Below are positions 9,777 through 19,779 of a stretch of 64,000 nt of DNA, piece after piece. The stretch's first letter is position 1. Each line of letters opens with the position of its first letter. Under the pieces are notes generated by a model. The model was not told the origin of the DNA. It saw nothing but the letters and a program-made list of their open reading frames with translations, and ran no database searches. Location of the stretch: sequence record SRR2962707_4378, one strand, 5' to 3'. The position numbers were made by a program, and so were the translations under genes.

Positions 9777-10586
9777 TCACACAGGATGTGTTTCGGCCTG
9801 CGGCAGGTCGGATTCGGTCCGTTGCCTCAGCCAGTTTTCGGCCATTTCCGCGAAGCCCAGCCCGGAACGCTGGCTGACAACGGCGGCCGGCCGATGGGTC
9901 ATCCCGGGCAGATGCTTGCGAATGTTTGCCACGCCAACACTTAATGGAAAACATCGAAACATGCTTTCATCATTGGGTGCATCGCCGATGAAAACCGCGC
10001 GCTGCTGCAACGCCTGACGATCCAGTCCCAACACTTCCTGCCCTACACGCACGGCCATCGTGGACTTGTCAAAATCGCCGAGCCAGACGTTGAGGTGGAT
10101 CGAGCTTTGCCGAACGTTGAAGCCCCGGCCAACCAGAGCATTATGAAGAACCGCTACTTGCTCTGAGCTTAAAGACTGCTGCTGGTTGTAGTCGACCGCT
10201 ACATCGACATAGCGGAAGGCCTGGTCGCTGGCGAGTTGTGGCTCGAAGTCCAGATCCAGTGCGGCGACTGCAGTCAGTATGGCCTCTTGGTCGCGCTTAT
10301 GGCCGGCTGCGTCGTTCCAGTAGTGCCAGCGGACCGTCTGGGGGGCGGTCCGCTCGGCGTAGAAGGCGCCGCCTTCACCAATTACGGCAGTGACCGGCCA
10401 CGTTCTGATGATCTGGTCGCACCAGCCGGCGCAACCCCCGGTCACCGGAATCACGCGAATACCAGCCGCTGCCAGCCGACAAAGGGCCAGATAGGTTTCT
10501 GGCAGCAATTGACCATCGGTGGTCAGGGTATCGTCCACGTCGGTGAACAATACGTCCGCTTGGCCAAAGTTAAAGCTGTTTGTCAT
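9777..10586 (-). CDS. HAD-superfamily subfamily IIB hydrolase/phosphatase
   Basis: DVDDTLT, PVTG, K, IGDAPNDE motifs. Confidence 0.9.
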   Translation of the reverse strand: MTNSFNFGQADVLFTDVDDTLTTDGQLLPETYLALCRLAAAGIRVIPVTGGCAGWCDQIIRTWPVTAVIGEGGAFYAERTAPQTVRWHYWNDAAGHKRDQEAILTAVAALDLDFEPQLASDQAFRYVDVAVDYNQQQSLSSEQVAVLHNALVGRGFNVRQSSIHLNVWLGDFDKSTMAVRVGQEVLGLDRQALQQRAVFIGDAPNDESMFRCFPLSVGVANIRKHLPGMTHRPAAVVSQRSGLGFAEMAENWLRQRTESDLPQAETHPV

Positions 10587-10603
10587 GGACTGGGTTTTCC
10601 GCG

Positions 10604-11413
10604 TCAGATAACTTTCTTGCGCAAGGCGCTGGTTAGTGCTTCGCCCAGAATTACCAACACCACAATAGCGAGCAGAATCGTGGCCACCGTCTGCCAGGCA
10701 AACAGGTCGATAGACCCTTGCAGCAGCACTCCGATGCCACCGGCGCCCACCAAACCAAGCACGGTGGATTCACGGATGTTGATATCCCAGCGCAGGATGA
10801 TGATGGCAAAAAAGGCTGGCATTACCTGCGGCACGATCGCGTACAGCACTACTTTCATTTTGCTGGCGCCGGTTGCCTGCATAGCTTCGACGGGGCGGCG
10901 ATCGATCTCCTCGATAGCCTCGCCCATCAGTTTACCAATGAAACCGATTGACCGGAACATAACCGCCAGAATGCCCGCAAGTACCCCGGGGCCGAAAATG
11001 GCGACGAACAGCAGGGCCCAGATGATGGTGTTTACTGAGCGGCTGGACACAAGAATAAACCGACCGAGCCACAGGGTGGCCTTGTTCGGCGTGGTGTTCT
11101 GCGCCGCGATATAGGACACCGGCAGGGCAATGAATATCGTGAGCATGGTAGACAGGGTGGCAATGTGTACGGTTTCCAGCATGGCCGCGAAGATGGCATT
11201 CCAGGTGCTGAACTCCGGTGGCCACATGCGTGCGCCCAGGTTTTGGATCTGGTTGGGGGCGTCCCACACCCAGGGCCAGAAAATGTCGATGTCACGCACC
11301 GCCCAGACAATCGCAATCAGGGTTACCAGGTAGATCCCATAGCGGGTCCACTGTTCTTTCCGGTCGTAGCGGGACCAAACACGGTCAGTCAGTTTCGCAG
11401 CGTGATCTACCAT
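10604..11413 (-). CDS. phnE: Phosphonate/organophosphate ABC permease PhnE
   Basis: KLMGEAIEEID..PVEAM.ATGA, YAIVPQV, RWDINIRESTVLGLVGAGGIG. Confidence 0.9.
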   Translation of the reverse strand: MVDHAAKLTDRVWSRYDRKEQWTRYGIYLVTLIAIVWAVRDIDIFWPWVWDAPNQIQNLGARMWPPEFSTWNAIFAAMLETVHIATLSTMLTIFIALPVSYIAAQNTTPNKATLWLGRFILVSSRSVNTIIWALLFVAIFGPGVLAGILAVMFRSIGFIGKLMGEAIEEIDRRPVEAMQATGASKMKVVLYAIVPQVMPAFFAIIILRWDINIRESTVLGLVGAGGIGVLLQGSIDLFAWQTVATILLAIVVLVILGEALTSALRKKVI

Positions 11414-12225
11414 ACTTTTTTCCTTACCCATCCGCTTATGCCTTCGCTGACCAGAATGATGCCAATAATCATCAGCAGAATGGCAAAGGCGAAGTCGTAA
11501 TCGTAACGTCCGAACGCATTCATCAGTGTGCCGCCAATACCGCCTGCTCCGACAATGCCAACCACCGCGGAAGCGCGCAGGTTGCTGTCGAGCTGGTACA
11601 TGGATAGCCCAATCTGGCGTGGCATGATCTGCGGAAACACGCCGTAGATCAGCATCTTCAGATATCCTGCGCCGACGGAGCGCATGGCTTCCACCTGGCC
11701 CCAGTCGATTTCTTCGATTTCTTCGGCCAACAGTTTGGCCACGAACCCGATGGAATAGAGTGTCAGGGTCAGAATGCCTGCCATGGGGCCAAACCCGACG
11801 GCCGCCACAAACAGGATGGCCACGATGACCGGGTGGAAGCTGCGGGAGATAATGATGATAGCGCGCCCTACCAGATAGACTGGCTTCGGAGCCACGTTTT
11901 TGGCAGCCATCACCGCAATAGGTATCGACAGAAACACCCCAAGCAGGGTTGCCAGGAATGCAATCTGGAAGCTTTCCTTGAAGCCGGTCCACAAGAGTCC
12001 AGCACGCTCAAAGCTGGGAGGAAAGGCTCCACCGAATATTTTGGCGGCTCGGGGCAGGCCCTCGGAAATTCGCGCCCAATCAAAGGGTAGCGTGGAGAAA
12101 GCCCAGTAGAGATAAGTCAGGGTAACGGCGATCAAGCCATAGCGGAGCCAGGGGTTGGCTATGAACGGGGGCTTCTTCCAGACCCTGCCCGACGTCATGT
12201 CGGTTGCAGTTCTGCTGGTGGTCAT
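11407..12225 (-). CDS. phnE: Phosphonate/organophosphate ABC permease PhnE
   Basis: KLLAEEIEEID.GQVEAM, NLRASAVVGIVGAGGIG. Confidence 0.9.
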   Translation of the reverse strand: MTTSRTATDMTSGRVWKKPPFIANPWLRYGLIAVTLTYLYWAFSTLPFDWARISEGLPRAAKIFGGAFPPSFERAGLLWTGFKESFQIAFLATLLGVFLSIPIAVMAAKNVAPKPVYLVGRAIIIISRSFHPVIVAILFVAAVGFGPMAGILTLTLYSIGFVAKLLAEEIEEIDWGQVEAMRSVGAGYLKMLIYGVFPQIMPRQIGLSMYQLDSNLRASAVVGIVGAGGIGGTLMNAFGRYDYDFAFAILLMIIGIILVSEGISGWVRKKVW

Positions 12226-13016
12226 ACGGTCGCCTCCTGGGTTTGGGCGCCGGCCTCAGCCGCATCCTCGTCCGGGGACTCAATGCCGCCGTAAATGGCA
12301 TCCAGCGCATCCTGGTTGAAGTCCTTGGGAGAGCCGTCAAAAATCATCTGACCGTGTCGCATACCCACAATGCGATCCGTGTACATCCGCGCCTGAGTGA
12401 CGTTGTGGATGTTGATCAGCACCGGCAGCGACATTTCGCTGGCCAGGGTTTGGAGCAGGCTCATGATCTGCTGAGAGGTTTTGGGGTCCAGCGACGCGGT
12501 TGGCTCATCCGCCAGCAGAATCTCTGGCTCCTGCATCAGTGCCCGCACTACGGCTACCCGTTGCCGTTCACCCCCGGACAACTGGTCGGCTCGATTATTG
12601 GCGTAGTGGGCGATACCCACGCGCTCCATCAGGTGGAAGGCGCGATCGATATCCGATTGAGGGAAGCGGCGGGTCAGGGCCTGGAACAGTGACACATAGC
12701 CCAAGCGTCCGGACAGCACGTTTTCCATGACCGTCAAGCGATCAATCAGGTTAAACCCCTGAAAAACCATGCCGATACGCCGGCGGGAATGTCGCAATTC
12801 GCTGCCGCGAAGATTGACCAGTTGGTGGCCATTCAACTTGATCGAACCCGATGTGGGCTCAACCAGTCGGTTGATGCAGCGCAGAAGTGTGCTTTTTCCC
12901 GCTCCCGAAGCGCCGACGATGGAAACGACGCTGCTGCCGTCAACCTCAAGATCCAGGCCTTTTAGCACCGGCTCATTGTGCCCGTATCGCTTTACCAGGT
13001 TGGTAATTTCTAACAT
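12222..13016 (-). CDS. phnC: Phosphonate ABC ATP-binding protein PhnC
   Basis: GASGAGKS, ENVLSGRLG, LSGGERQRV, LADEPTASLDP. Confidence 0.92.
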   Translation of the reverse strand: MLEITNLVKRYGHNEPVLKGLDLEVDGSSVVSIVGASGAGKSTLLRCINRLVEPTSGSIKLNGHQLVNLRGSELRHSRRRIGMVFQGFNLIDRLTVMENVLSGRLGYVSLFQALTRRFPQSDIDRAFHLMERVGIAHYANNRADQLSGGERQRVAVVRALMQEPEILLADEPTASLDPKTSQQIMSLLQTLASEMSLPVLINIHNVTQARMYTDRIVGMRHGQMIFDGSPKDFNQDALDAIYGGIESPDEDAAEAGAQTQEATV

Positions 13017-13034
13017 GAATTCACTCCGGCCAGA

Positions 13035-13057
13035 GCTTCCGGCCATTGGCCGGAAGC
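13035..13057 (-). other. Intercistronic hairpin after the binding-protein gene (mRNA stabiliser)
   Basis: GCTTCCGGCCA-T-TGGCCGGAAGC inverted repeat. Confidence 0.55.
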
Positions 13058-13068
13058 GCCTGTTGCTC

Positions 13069-14061
13069 TTATTTCAGATTGTCGGGCGTGTACTGAACGC
13101 CGTTGGACGCCTGGATGGTGCGAATTACGCGCCAGTTGTCCTTGTAGTTGATGGGGATGAAGGTCTCGACGCCCTCAAACTCTTCGCCCAGCTCGGTGCC
13201 GGAAAACTTGAAGCTGTAAAAGGCTTCACGAATTTTCTCGACCAGCTCGGGATGCAGGTTGTGGGCGTGGTTATAGGAGGTTGTCGGGAACCGGTCGGAC
13301 TCCCACACCAGACGCACATCTTCCTCGTCGTAAAGCCCACGCGCGGCCATACGCTCAACCACTTCCGAGGCCACAGGGGCCGCGTCGTAATCCTTGGCCA
13401 CTACGCCGAGCATGGACTGGTCATGGCTGCCGGAGAAGGTGATTTCATAGTCGTCACCTGGTACCACGCCCATTTCCGGGAACAGGGCACGGGGGGCCTG
13501 GTTACCGGAGTTCGAGGTAGGGGAGGTGTGTGCGACGCGCTTACCTTTCAGGTCGGTTATTTCATGGATGTCGGAATCGACGTGGGTGTAGACCTGAAGC
13601 GAGTAGCCGAACTGCCCGGAGTCTGAGCCCATCAAGGCGAAGGGCACCGCACCGGCGAGATTAACCGCGAAAGGCGTTGGGCCGGTAGAAAAGCCCGCCA
13701 CATGCAAACGGCCGCTGCGCATGGCTTCCACTTGCGCGGCGTTGGATTGCACGGCGAAGAAGCGAACATCCTTGCCTGTCACTTCAGACAGATGATCGAT
13801 GAAGGGCTGCCAGATGTCGGAATAGATGGCGGGGTCTTCAACCGGCGTGTAGGCAAAGATCAGAGTGTCGGGATTCACCCACTCTGATTTGTCCGCTGGC
13901 AGGTCAGCAACCATATCGCCGTTTTCGTCGCAGTACTTGGCGTCTAGCGAGCCTCGTTCGCAATCCGCAAATGCCTGACCGCTGAAGCCGACCAGCAAGG
14001 CGGATGCCGCCAGAGTCACCGACGGGAGAATACCGGGAAACACTTTCTTAGACAGGTTCAT
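13069..14061 (-). CDS. phnD: Phosphate/phosphite/phosphonate ABC substrate-binding protein (PhnD family)
   Basis: Signal peptide; YCD..GD.VAD.P; TSPTSNSG; SGSHD. Confidence 0.88.
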   Translation of the reverse strand: MNLSKKVFPGILPSVTLAASALLVGFSGQAFADCERGSLDAKYCDENGDMVADLPADKSEWVNPDTLIFAYTPVEDPAIYSDIWQPFIDHLSEVTGKDVRFFAVQSNAAQVEAMRSGRLHVAGFSTGPTPFAVNLAGAVPFALMGSDSGQFGYSLQVYTHVDSDIHEITDLKGKRVAHTSPTSNSGNQAPRALFPEMGVVPGDDYEITFSGSHDQSMLGVVAKDYDAAPVASEVVERMAARGLYDEEDVRLVWESDRFPTTSYNHAHNLHPELVEKIREAFYSFKFSGTELGEEFEGVETFIPINYKDNWRVIRTIQASNGVQYTPDNLK

Positions 14062-14110
14062 TCTTTTTCTCCATGTGGAGCGGTCCATGCCTGAGGTTTC
14101 TCTGCCTCGC

Positions 14111-14258
14111 ATTGAACATCCGGGAAGGACCAGCTCACTCAGCTTGTTATTATCAGATGTTCAATTGAACATTCAGCATAACAGTAAATGAGCATTAGAC
14201 AAGGTGAGAGGCATCGGAACACTTGGATCGACACCGTAATTAGTGTTCAATTGAACAT
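14111..14258. promoter_or_regulatory. DeoR/GlpR-like palindromic operators
   Basis: Perfect ATGTTCAATTGAACAT (14157-14172), GTGTTCAATTGAACAT (14243-14258), half-site ATTGAACAT (14111-14119). Confidence 0.75.
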
Positions 14259-14284
14259 CATCCATATCGAGGACGATCTTCTCT

Positions 14285-15427
14285 ATGCCCGACACTTTTA
14301 GCCTGGTAACTCCGACCGACATTGTCTTCGGGAGAGGACAGATAGCCCAGCTGAGCGACCGGGTGACAAGGCTGGGTAAGCGAGTACTGATCGTTCATGG
14401 TCGCCATCCTGATCGACTTGCCAGGGTATTCGAGTCACTGAATGCCGTTGATATTGTCCAAACGATGTCTGTGCATAAGGAACCAGATTTACAGACATTG
14501 AATGCTGCCATTCGGCAAGGCAAAGCATTGGGTGTCGATCTGGTCATCGGCATTGGTGGTGGTTCTGTCATGGATTCAGCGAAGGTACTGGCTGCGATGC
14601 TGTCCAGCCAGACTGAGTTGATGAGCCACCTGGAGGTGGTCGGAGAGGGGCTGCCGTTATCCACCCAGCGCCTGCCCTTGATCCTGATTCCAACCACCTC
14701 GGGAACGGGGGCAGAGGCGACCCGAAACGCGGTTATTGATATTCCGGAAGCTCAGCGCAAGGTGAGTCTGCGGGATAACCAGTTGCTCCCTGACCTTGCC
14801 CTGATAGATCCTGCGCTGACCGACCATTGTCCCCGGGGTGTTACCTTGCACTCAGGGCTGGATGCCATTACCCAGGTCATCGAGCCGTATCTCTCATCAC
14901 GTTCCAATCTGTTCACCGACATGTTGTGCAAAGAGGCAATCCCCAAAGGCCTGGCCGCGTTAAAACAACTGATGGATGGTGAGTCTGAAGAGGCGCGTGA
15001 CGCCATGGCTCAAGTGAGTCTGTTTGGTGGGCTTGCACTTGCAAACTCGGGACTGGGTGTCGTTCATGGCATTGCCGGTCCGTTGGGAGGATTATCTGGT
15101 GCGCCCCATGGTGCCCTCTGTGGTGCCTTGTTGCCGGCAGGTATAGCCGCCAACCGCGATAGCGTGGTTGAGGCGGAGCATAAGGCTCGTATTGATCGGG
15201 TAGTTGGCTGGATTGCAGACATATTTGAGGCGTCCGCGGATCAGGCGCTACCACGTTTTCGTGAATGGATCTGTCAAAGTGGCTTGCCCGGGCTGGCATC
15301 CATTGGAGTGACGGAAGAGCACATTATTGCCGCCTCACAGTCGGCTGCAAGCTCTTCTTCCATGAAGGCCAACCCCGTTGTGTTGCCAAGGCCAACCATT
15401 GAAAACATCATGCGCGAGTCGTTTTGA
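14285..15427 (+). CDS. Iron-containing alcohol dehydrogenase
   Basis: GIGGGSVMDSAK, IPTTSGTGAE, DP.LT, GLG.VHG, HG. Confidence 0.93.
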   Translation: MPDTFSLVTPTDIVFGRGQIAQLSDRVTRLGKRVLIVHGRHPDRLARVFESLNAVDIVQTMSVHKEPDLQTLNAAIRQGKALGVDLVIGIGGGSVMDSAKVLAAMLSSQTELMSHLEVVGEGLPLSTQRLPLILIPTTSGTGAEATRNAVIDIPEAQRKVSLRDNQLLPDLALIDPALTDHCPRGVTLHSGLDAITQVIEPYLSSRSNLFTDMLCKEAIPKGLAALKQLMDGESEEARDAMAQVSLFGGLALANSGLGVVHGIAGPLGGLSGAPHGALCGALLPAGIAANRDSVVEAEHKARIDRVVGWIADIFEASADQALPRFREWICQSGLPGLASIGVTEEHIIAASQSAASSSSMKANPVVLPRPTIENIMRESF

Positions 15428-15510
15428 AAAGTGAGTTGCTATCAAAACGTTCAACACTTCGGCTAACATCCGTTATCAAGCGTTAAGATAACAACAAGAA
15501 GGTAAAAACA

Positions 15511-16566
15511 GTGATGTTGCTAACCGGCTTCGGGCTTGGCTGCCTGTTGCCCCTGTTTGTGATTACGTTGCGAGACTTCCGGCATTTGCTGGTTGGCCAG
15601 TTGTTCCTGCTGGTGATTGTTGGGTCTGTGGCGTTCCTGGTCGATCCTTTGATTCCAGCCGAATGGCGCTGGATCACTTCCGACCTGCAAACCGCGTTGC
15701 CCGCCTTGTTCTGGCTACTGTGTCAGCTGATTTTTGCGCCGCGACCGCGTTTGAAGTCAGTGTGGGGCGCGATGGCGCTATACAGCTTTCTGGCGCCAGC
15801 GTTGGCGCGGCCCTTCGTAGAGCCCGGTGACGCGTGGACTCCGGCGGTGTTCTTCGGATGGCGGCTGGGCCAGTTCTTCGAGTACGTGGTGCTGCTGCAT
15901 GGCCTCAGTTTTGTGATTCGGTACTGGCGAAACGATCTGGTGGAAGCCCGCAGGAAGGCCCGTCTGGTCTTTTTGTTGATTGTCGGCAGCGCCGTAGGCG
16001 TGGCGACGGTCAGCCTGAACTTCGGGCTTTACCATGAGTACATCCGCGGGATCATCACGGGGCTGGCGGCTTTCGCAACCCTGATCTGCCTGGTTACGGC
16101 GCGGGAGGGAATCATGGATCTGGTGGGCAGCGATCGGCCTGCCGGCTCGCCACAGCCACAGCCCAGACCAACTCCAGAGACAGAGCCCCAGGAAACCCAC
16201 GAGGCACACTTTGCACAACAGGAGCAGGACGCCGCAGTGCTTTGCCGAACCATGGACGCCGGCTTTTATCGAACGGAGAAGCTGACTCTCAAAAAGCTGT
16301 CGGAAGCCACTGAGATTCCTGAATACCGTTTGCGCAAGGTGATTAACCAGGCTTTGGGTTATCGAAACTTCAATGACTACATCAACCAGCTCCGGGTAGC
16401 CGACGCCGCTGAACGTTTGCGGAACGAACCGGGCACACCCGTGCTGAACATCTCTCTGGACGTTGGCTACCGTACCCTGAGCTCGTTCAACCGGGCGTTT
16501 CGGGATATCCAGAACGCCACCCCAACAGAGTACCGTCAGCAGTGCCTCGAGGCTGACATCAGCTGA
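15511..16566 (+). CDS. AraC-family regulator with N-terminal multi-TM sensor
   Basis: About 6 hydrophobic segments, then EYRLRKVIN..LGYRNFNDYIN..R and VGYRTLSSFNRAF..TPTEYR. Confidence 0.9.
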   Translation: MMLLTGFGLGCLLPLFVITLRDFRHLLVGQLFLLVIVGSVAFLVDPLIPAEWRWITSDLQTALPALFWLLCQLIFAPRPRLKSVWGAMALYSFLAPALARPFVEPGDAWTPAVFFGWRLGQFFEYVVLLHGLSFVIRYWRNDLVEARRKARLVFLLIVGSAVGVATVSLNFGLYHEYIRGIITGLAAFATLICLVTAREGIMDLVGSDRPAGSPQPQPRPTPETEPQETHEAHFAQQEQDAAVLCRTMDAGFYRTEKLTLKKLSEATEIPEYRLRKVINQALGYRNFNDYINQLRVADAAERLRNEPGTPVLNISLDVGYRTLSSFNRAFRDIQNATPTEYRQQCLEADIS

Positions 16567-16789
16567 TCAAAACTTGCAATTTCCGGAATTGCAGGTTTTG
16601 CACAGTGCCCTTCTTTTCTCCTCTCAAACCCCTGGTGCACGGGCCGTTGCAGAATTTGCACAGGGCGTGAGGCTTTCTGCACATCGGTTGTTCTCGCCAA
16701 CGTGTCGCATCCTGCTTAGTGTCGTTCGGGACACCGCGTTCTTTTTGGGAACGCCTGAATAACAACAACACGATCAAGCAGAGGTTACG

Positions 16790-18376
16790 ATGCGCCAGGC
16801 CAGAACGTTCAAGAAACTATTGTTGGTGACTGCCATTTCAAGTGGGTTCCTACTCGCCGGTTGTGATGGGGACGATGGAGAAGACGGCAAGGCCGGAGCC
16901 GATGGACAGTCCGCCGATGTCGTTGCCCAACTTGCAATGACCACGTCTGGTTTTTCCATTCCTGAAGACGCCATCCTTGTAGCGCCGGATGCTGCAGACG
17001 GTGACGACATTACCGAGGCACTGTCCGTGGCGTTGTTCGATTTGCCGGAGGATGCCCTGGTGGTTCTGCCAAAAGGGCGGTTTGTGGTGACCGAGAGCAT
17101 TGTCATCAACAGTGCCAGTGGGCTGACCCTCACCGGCTACGGCATCAACGAAACTGCGCTGGATTTCAGCACGTCCAATGGCGACGACGCGTTCCGCTTC
17201 CAGGGCGGGAACGGTATTACGGTGCGGGACTTCGGTGTGTACGAGGCGCCGAAGAACGGCATCAAGGCCACCAACGTCAACGGCATCCATATGACTTATA
17301 CCGCCACGGTCTGGGAAGGCGAGTTGGAGTCGGCCAACGGCGCCTACGGGCTGTACCCGCTGAAAAGCCAGAACGTGCTGCTGGAGAACAACTACGCCTT
17401 CGGGTCGGCGGATGCGGGCATCTACGTGGGGCAGTCCGAAAACATTGTGGTTCGGAACAATACCGCCAAACAGAACGTGGCCGGCATTGAGATTGAAAAC
17501 TCCACCATGGCGGATGTGTACAACAACATCGCGCTCGCAAACTCTGGCGGCATCCTGGTGTTCGACTTGCCAGGGCTGGATAAGGCCTACGGCGGCAATG
17601 TTCGTGTTTTTAACAACCAGGCCTACAACAACAACGCCGATAACGTAGGCGCTGGCGTGGTTGGCACGGTGCCACCGGGAACCGGCGTCCTGGTGCTGGC
17701 CACCAGTGACGTGGAAATGTACAACAACCAGATAACGGACAATGACACCACGGCGGTCGCGATCACCAGCTATCTGCTGGTTGATGATGACCTTGCCAGT
17801 TACCCGGCCAACTACGGCGCCACCATGGGCAATGGTTGGAGCCCGACACTGAAGAACGTCTACCTGCATAACAACACCATTGCCCGGAACGGCGATAACC
17901 CGCGAGGTGCGCTACTTCAGCCGGTTATTGATGGTTACTCCTCGAACATGAACAGCAAAGGGGCGCCGCAAACCTTTCCTGCGATTCTGTATGACGGAAT
18001 CGGTGAACTGCTGTCGAATGCCGGAGAGTTGGCTGGCTTCAATGCCCTGGTCGGCGCCGAGGCGCAGGCCGATGGGGTGAACTACGACCCTTACGGCGCA
18101 GGCGACCAGATTTGTGCCAACAGCAACATCAATGGCAACCCGGCGCCAGACTATGACGAAGTGAATACCGGACTGGTCTATCCGGATGATCCTGCCGACG
18201 TAACCATGGTTGATGGCGATGGCAATCCTCTGCCCCACCTGTTAATCGATCAAATGGTCAACAACACCTACTTGAACTGCGTCCAGCCGCGACTGGCGCC
18301 GGCGGTGGTGAACTTCCGCAACAACATCTACGGCTGCACCGGGGATGATCTGGCCGAAGCGGCCTGCGCGCTGTAA
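16790..18376 (+). CDS. Parallel beta-helix lipoprotein (TIGR03805-like)
   Basis: Lipobox LAGC; NGAYGLYP, GSADAGIYVGQS, NVAGIEIENS, GGILVFDLP, VPPGTG. Confidence 0.88.
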   Translation: MRQARTFKKLLLVTAISSGFLLAGCDGDDGEDGKAGADGQSADVVAQLAMTTSGFSIPEDAILVAPDAADGDDITEALSVALFDLPEDALVVLPKGRFVVTESIVINSASGLTLTGYGINETALDFSTSNGDDAFRFQGGNGITVRDFGVYEAPKNGIKATNVNGIHMTYTATVWEGELESANGAYGLYPLKSQNVLLENNYAFGSADAGIYVGQSENIVVRNNTAKQNVAGIEIENSTMADVYNNIALANSGGILVFDLPGLDKAYGGNVRVFNNQAYNNNADNVGAGVVGTVPPGTGVLVLATSDVEMYNNQITDNDTTAVAITSYLLVDDDLASYPANYGATMGNGWSPTLKNVYLHNNTIARNGDNPRGALLQPVIDGYSSNMNSKGAPQTFPAILYDGIGELLSNAGELAGFNALVGAEAQADGVNYDPYGAGDQICANSNINGNPAPDYDEVNTGLVYPDDPADVTMVDGDGNPLPHLLIDQMVNNTYLNCVQPRLAPAVVNFRNNIYGCTGDDLAEAACAL

Positions 18377-18389
18377 GGGAGAGTCTCCA

Positions 18390-19673
18390 ATGAAACACAG
18401 TAATAAAACGATTGCGGCGGGTGTGGTGACGTCTTTTCTTCTGGCTGCGTGTGGCGGCGGAGGAGGTGGTGATTCGTCGGACGATAGTGGCTCCAACCCG
18501 ACCGGCAGCGCACTGAATGCCGGTGCTGGTGCGCCGACAGGAGCAGAGGGCAGCTGCAGTGCAACCACGAATGGGGTGAACTGGGACGCCTTGATGACGG
18601 AGGTGTGCCCGAAGCTCTCCGACTACAATCTGTTTACCGATGCCAGTGATCCAACGGCCGGGCCGACCCGGGGCGGGGTGCCTTATGATCTCTCCACGGC
18701 GTTGTTCTCCGATTACACCAGTAAGTACCGTTTTGTGTTTGTGCCGGAAGGCAAGACCGTGGGTTACAACCCATCAGAGGCGCTGGATTTTCCGGTTGGG
18801 ACGGTCATTACCAAGACTTTCGCCCTACCGGAAAATACCGCCATGCCTGACGGTGCGGAGCTGGTGATCGAAACCCGCCTGTTGATCCACCGGGTCGATG
18901 GCTGGATGGCATTGCCGTATTACTGGTCGTCAGAGTCCGAGGCGACACTCGCCATTGCGGGCAAACGCCTGACCGACCTGACCACCATCAACAACCAGGG
19001 ACAGACGCTCACCTTTGATTATGCGGTGCCCAAAGCTGCGGACTGCAACTCCTGCCACTCCATTGTGCCGGACCTGGCGGGGCCGGATGACCAGCGTGAG
19101 CAGATTTTTCTGCCCATTGGCCCCAAGGCCCGTTATCTGAACAAGGATTTCAGCTACCCGGACGGCACGGTCTACAACCAGCTTCAATACTGGTCGGAAG
19201 GCGAACTGCTCACTGGGTTACCGGCGGATTTCAACAGTGTGGAACAGGCACCGGTGTTCAATGACGAAACCCACATCCCGTCACTGAGCGACGCAGAACT
19301 GAACGACAAGGCCAGGGCCTACCTGGACATCAACTGCGCCCATTGCCACCGGGCAGACCTCACCCTGCCGGCCGACTATGCCGGCCCCGCAGGCAGTAGC
19401 GGCGTGCAGTTGGAGTACAACCGCGTCTACGCTGACTCGCCGGGCAAATTCGGAGTCTGCAAGGACCCGGTGGCCGGCGGCAAAGAGGGTTATCCGTACG
19501 ACGTGATTCCAGGCAACGCGGATGAGTCCTACTTGTTGTTCCGTATCGAGACGACAGACAGCCGGCACAAGATGCCCGAGCTGGGCCGTAGCACAACGCA
19601 TCAGGAAGGTGCTCAACTGATTCGCAGTTGGATTGACCAGTTGCCCAGTGCCAGTTGCTCGCCGATGCCGTAA
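18390..19673 (+). CDS. SO2930-like diheme c-type cytochrome lipoprotein (TIGR03806-like)
   Basis: Lipobox LAAC; LFSDY..KYRF, FPVGTV..KTF, IETRLL, CNSCH, CAHCH, MPELGR. Confidence 0.88.
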   Translation: MKHSNKTIAAGVVTSFLLAACGGGGGGDSSDDSGSNPTGSALNAGAGAPTGAEGSCSATTNGVNWDALMTEVCPKLSDYNLFTDASDPTAGPTRGGVPYDLSTALFSDYTSKYRFVFVPEGKTVGYNPSEALDFPVGTVITKTFALPENTAMPDGAELVIETRLLIHRVDGWMALPYYWSSESEATLAIAGKRLTDLTTINNQGQTLTFDYAVPKAADCNSCHSIVPDLAGPDDQREQIFLPIGPKARYLNKDFSYPDGTVYNQLQYWSEGELLTGLPADFNSVEQAPVFNDETHIPSLSDAELNDKARAYLDINCAHCHRADLTLPADYAGPAGSSGVQLEYNRVYADSPGKFGVCKDPVAGGKEGYPYDVIPGNADESYLLFRIETTDSRHKMPELGRSTTHQEGAQLIRSWIDQLPSASCSPMP

Positions 19674-19779
19674 TAGCGTCCCACCCTGGCGGGTTTAGCC
19701 GGGAATCCGGTCAAGAGAGTTGGTTTTGTGGCGGGTGAGGCTTATGCTCGTCACACATTTCTTATCCGGGAGTCGCTTT

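Noticed and set aside
10236-13626. Long + strand ORFs (292 aa, 285 aa) opposite the phn genes
   Set aside because: Antisense shadows of well-supported genes; no motifs
16850-17869. 339-aa minus-strand ORF
   Set aside because: Shadow of the beta-helix gene caused by codon bias
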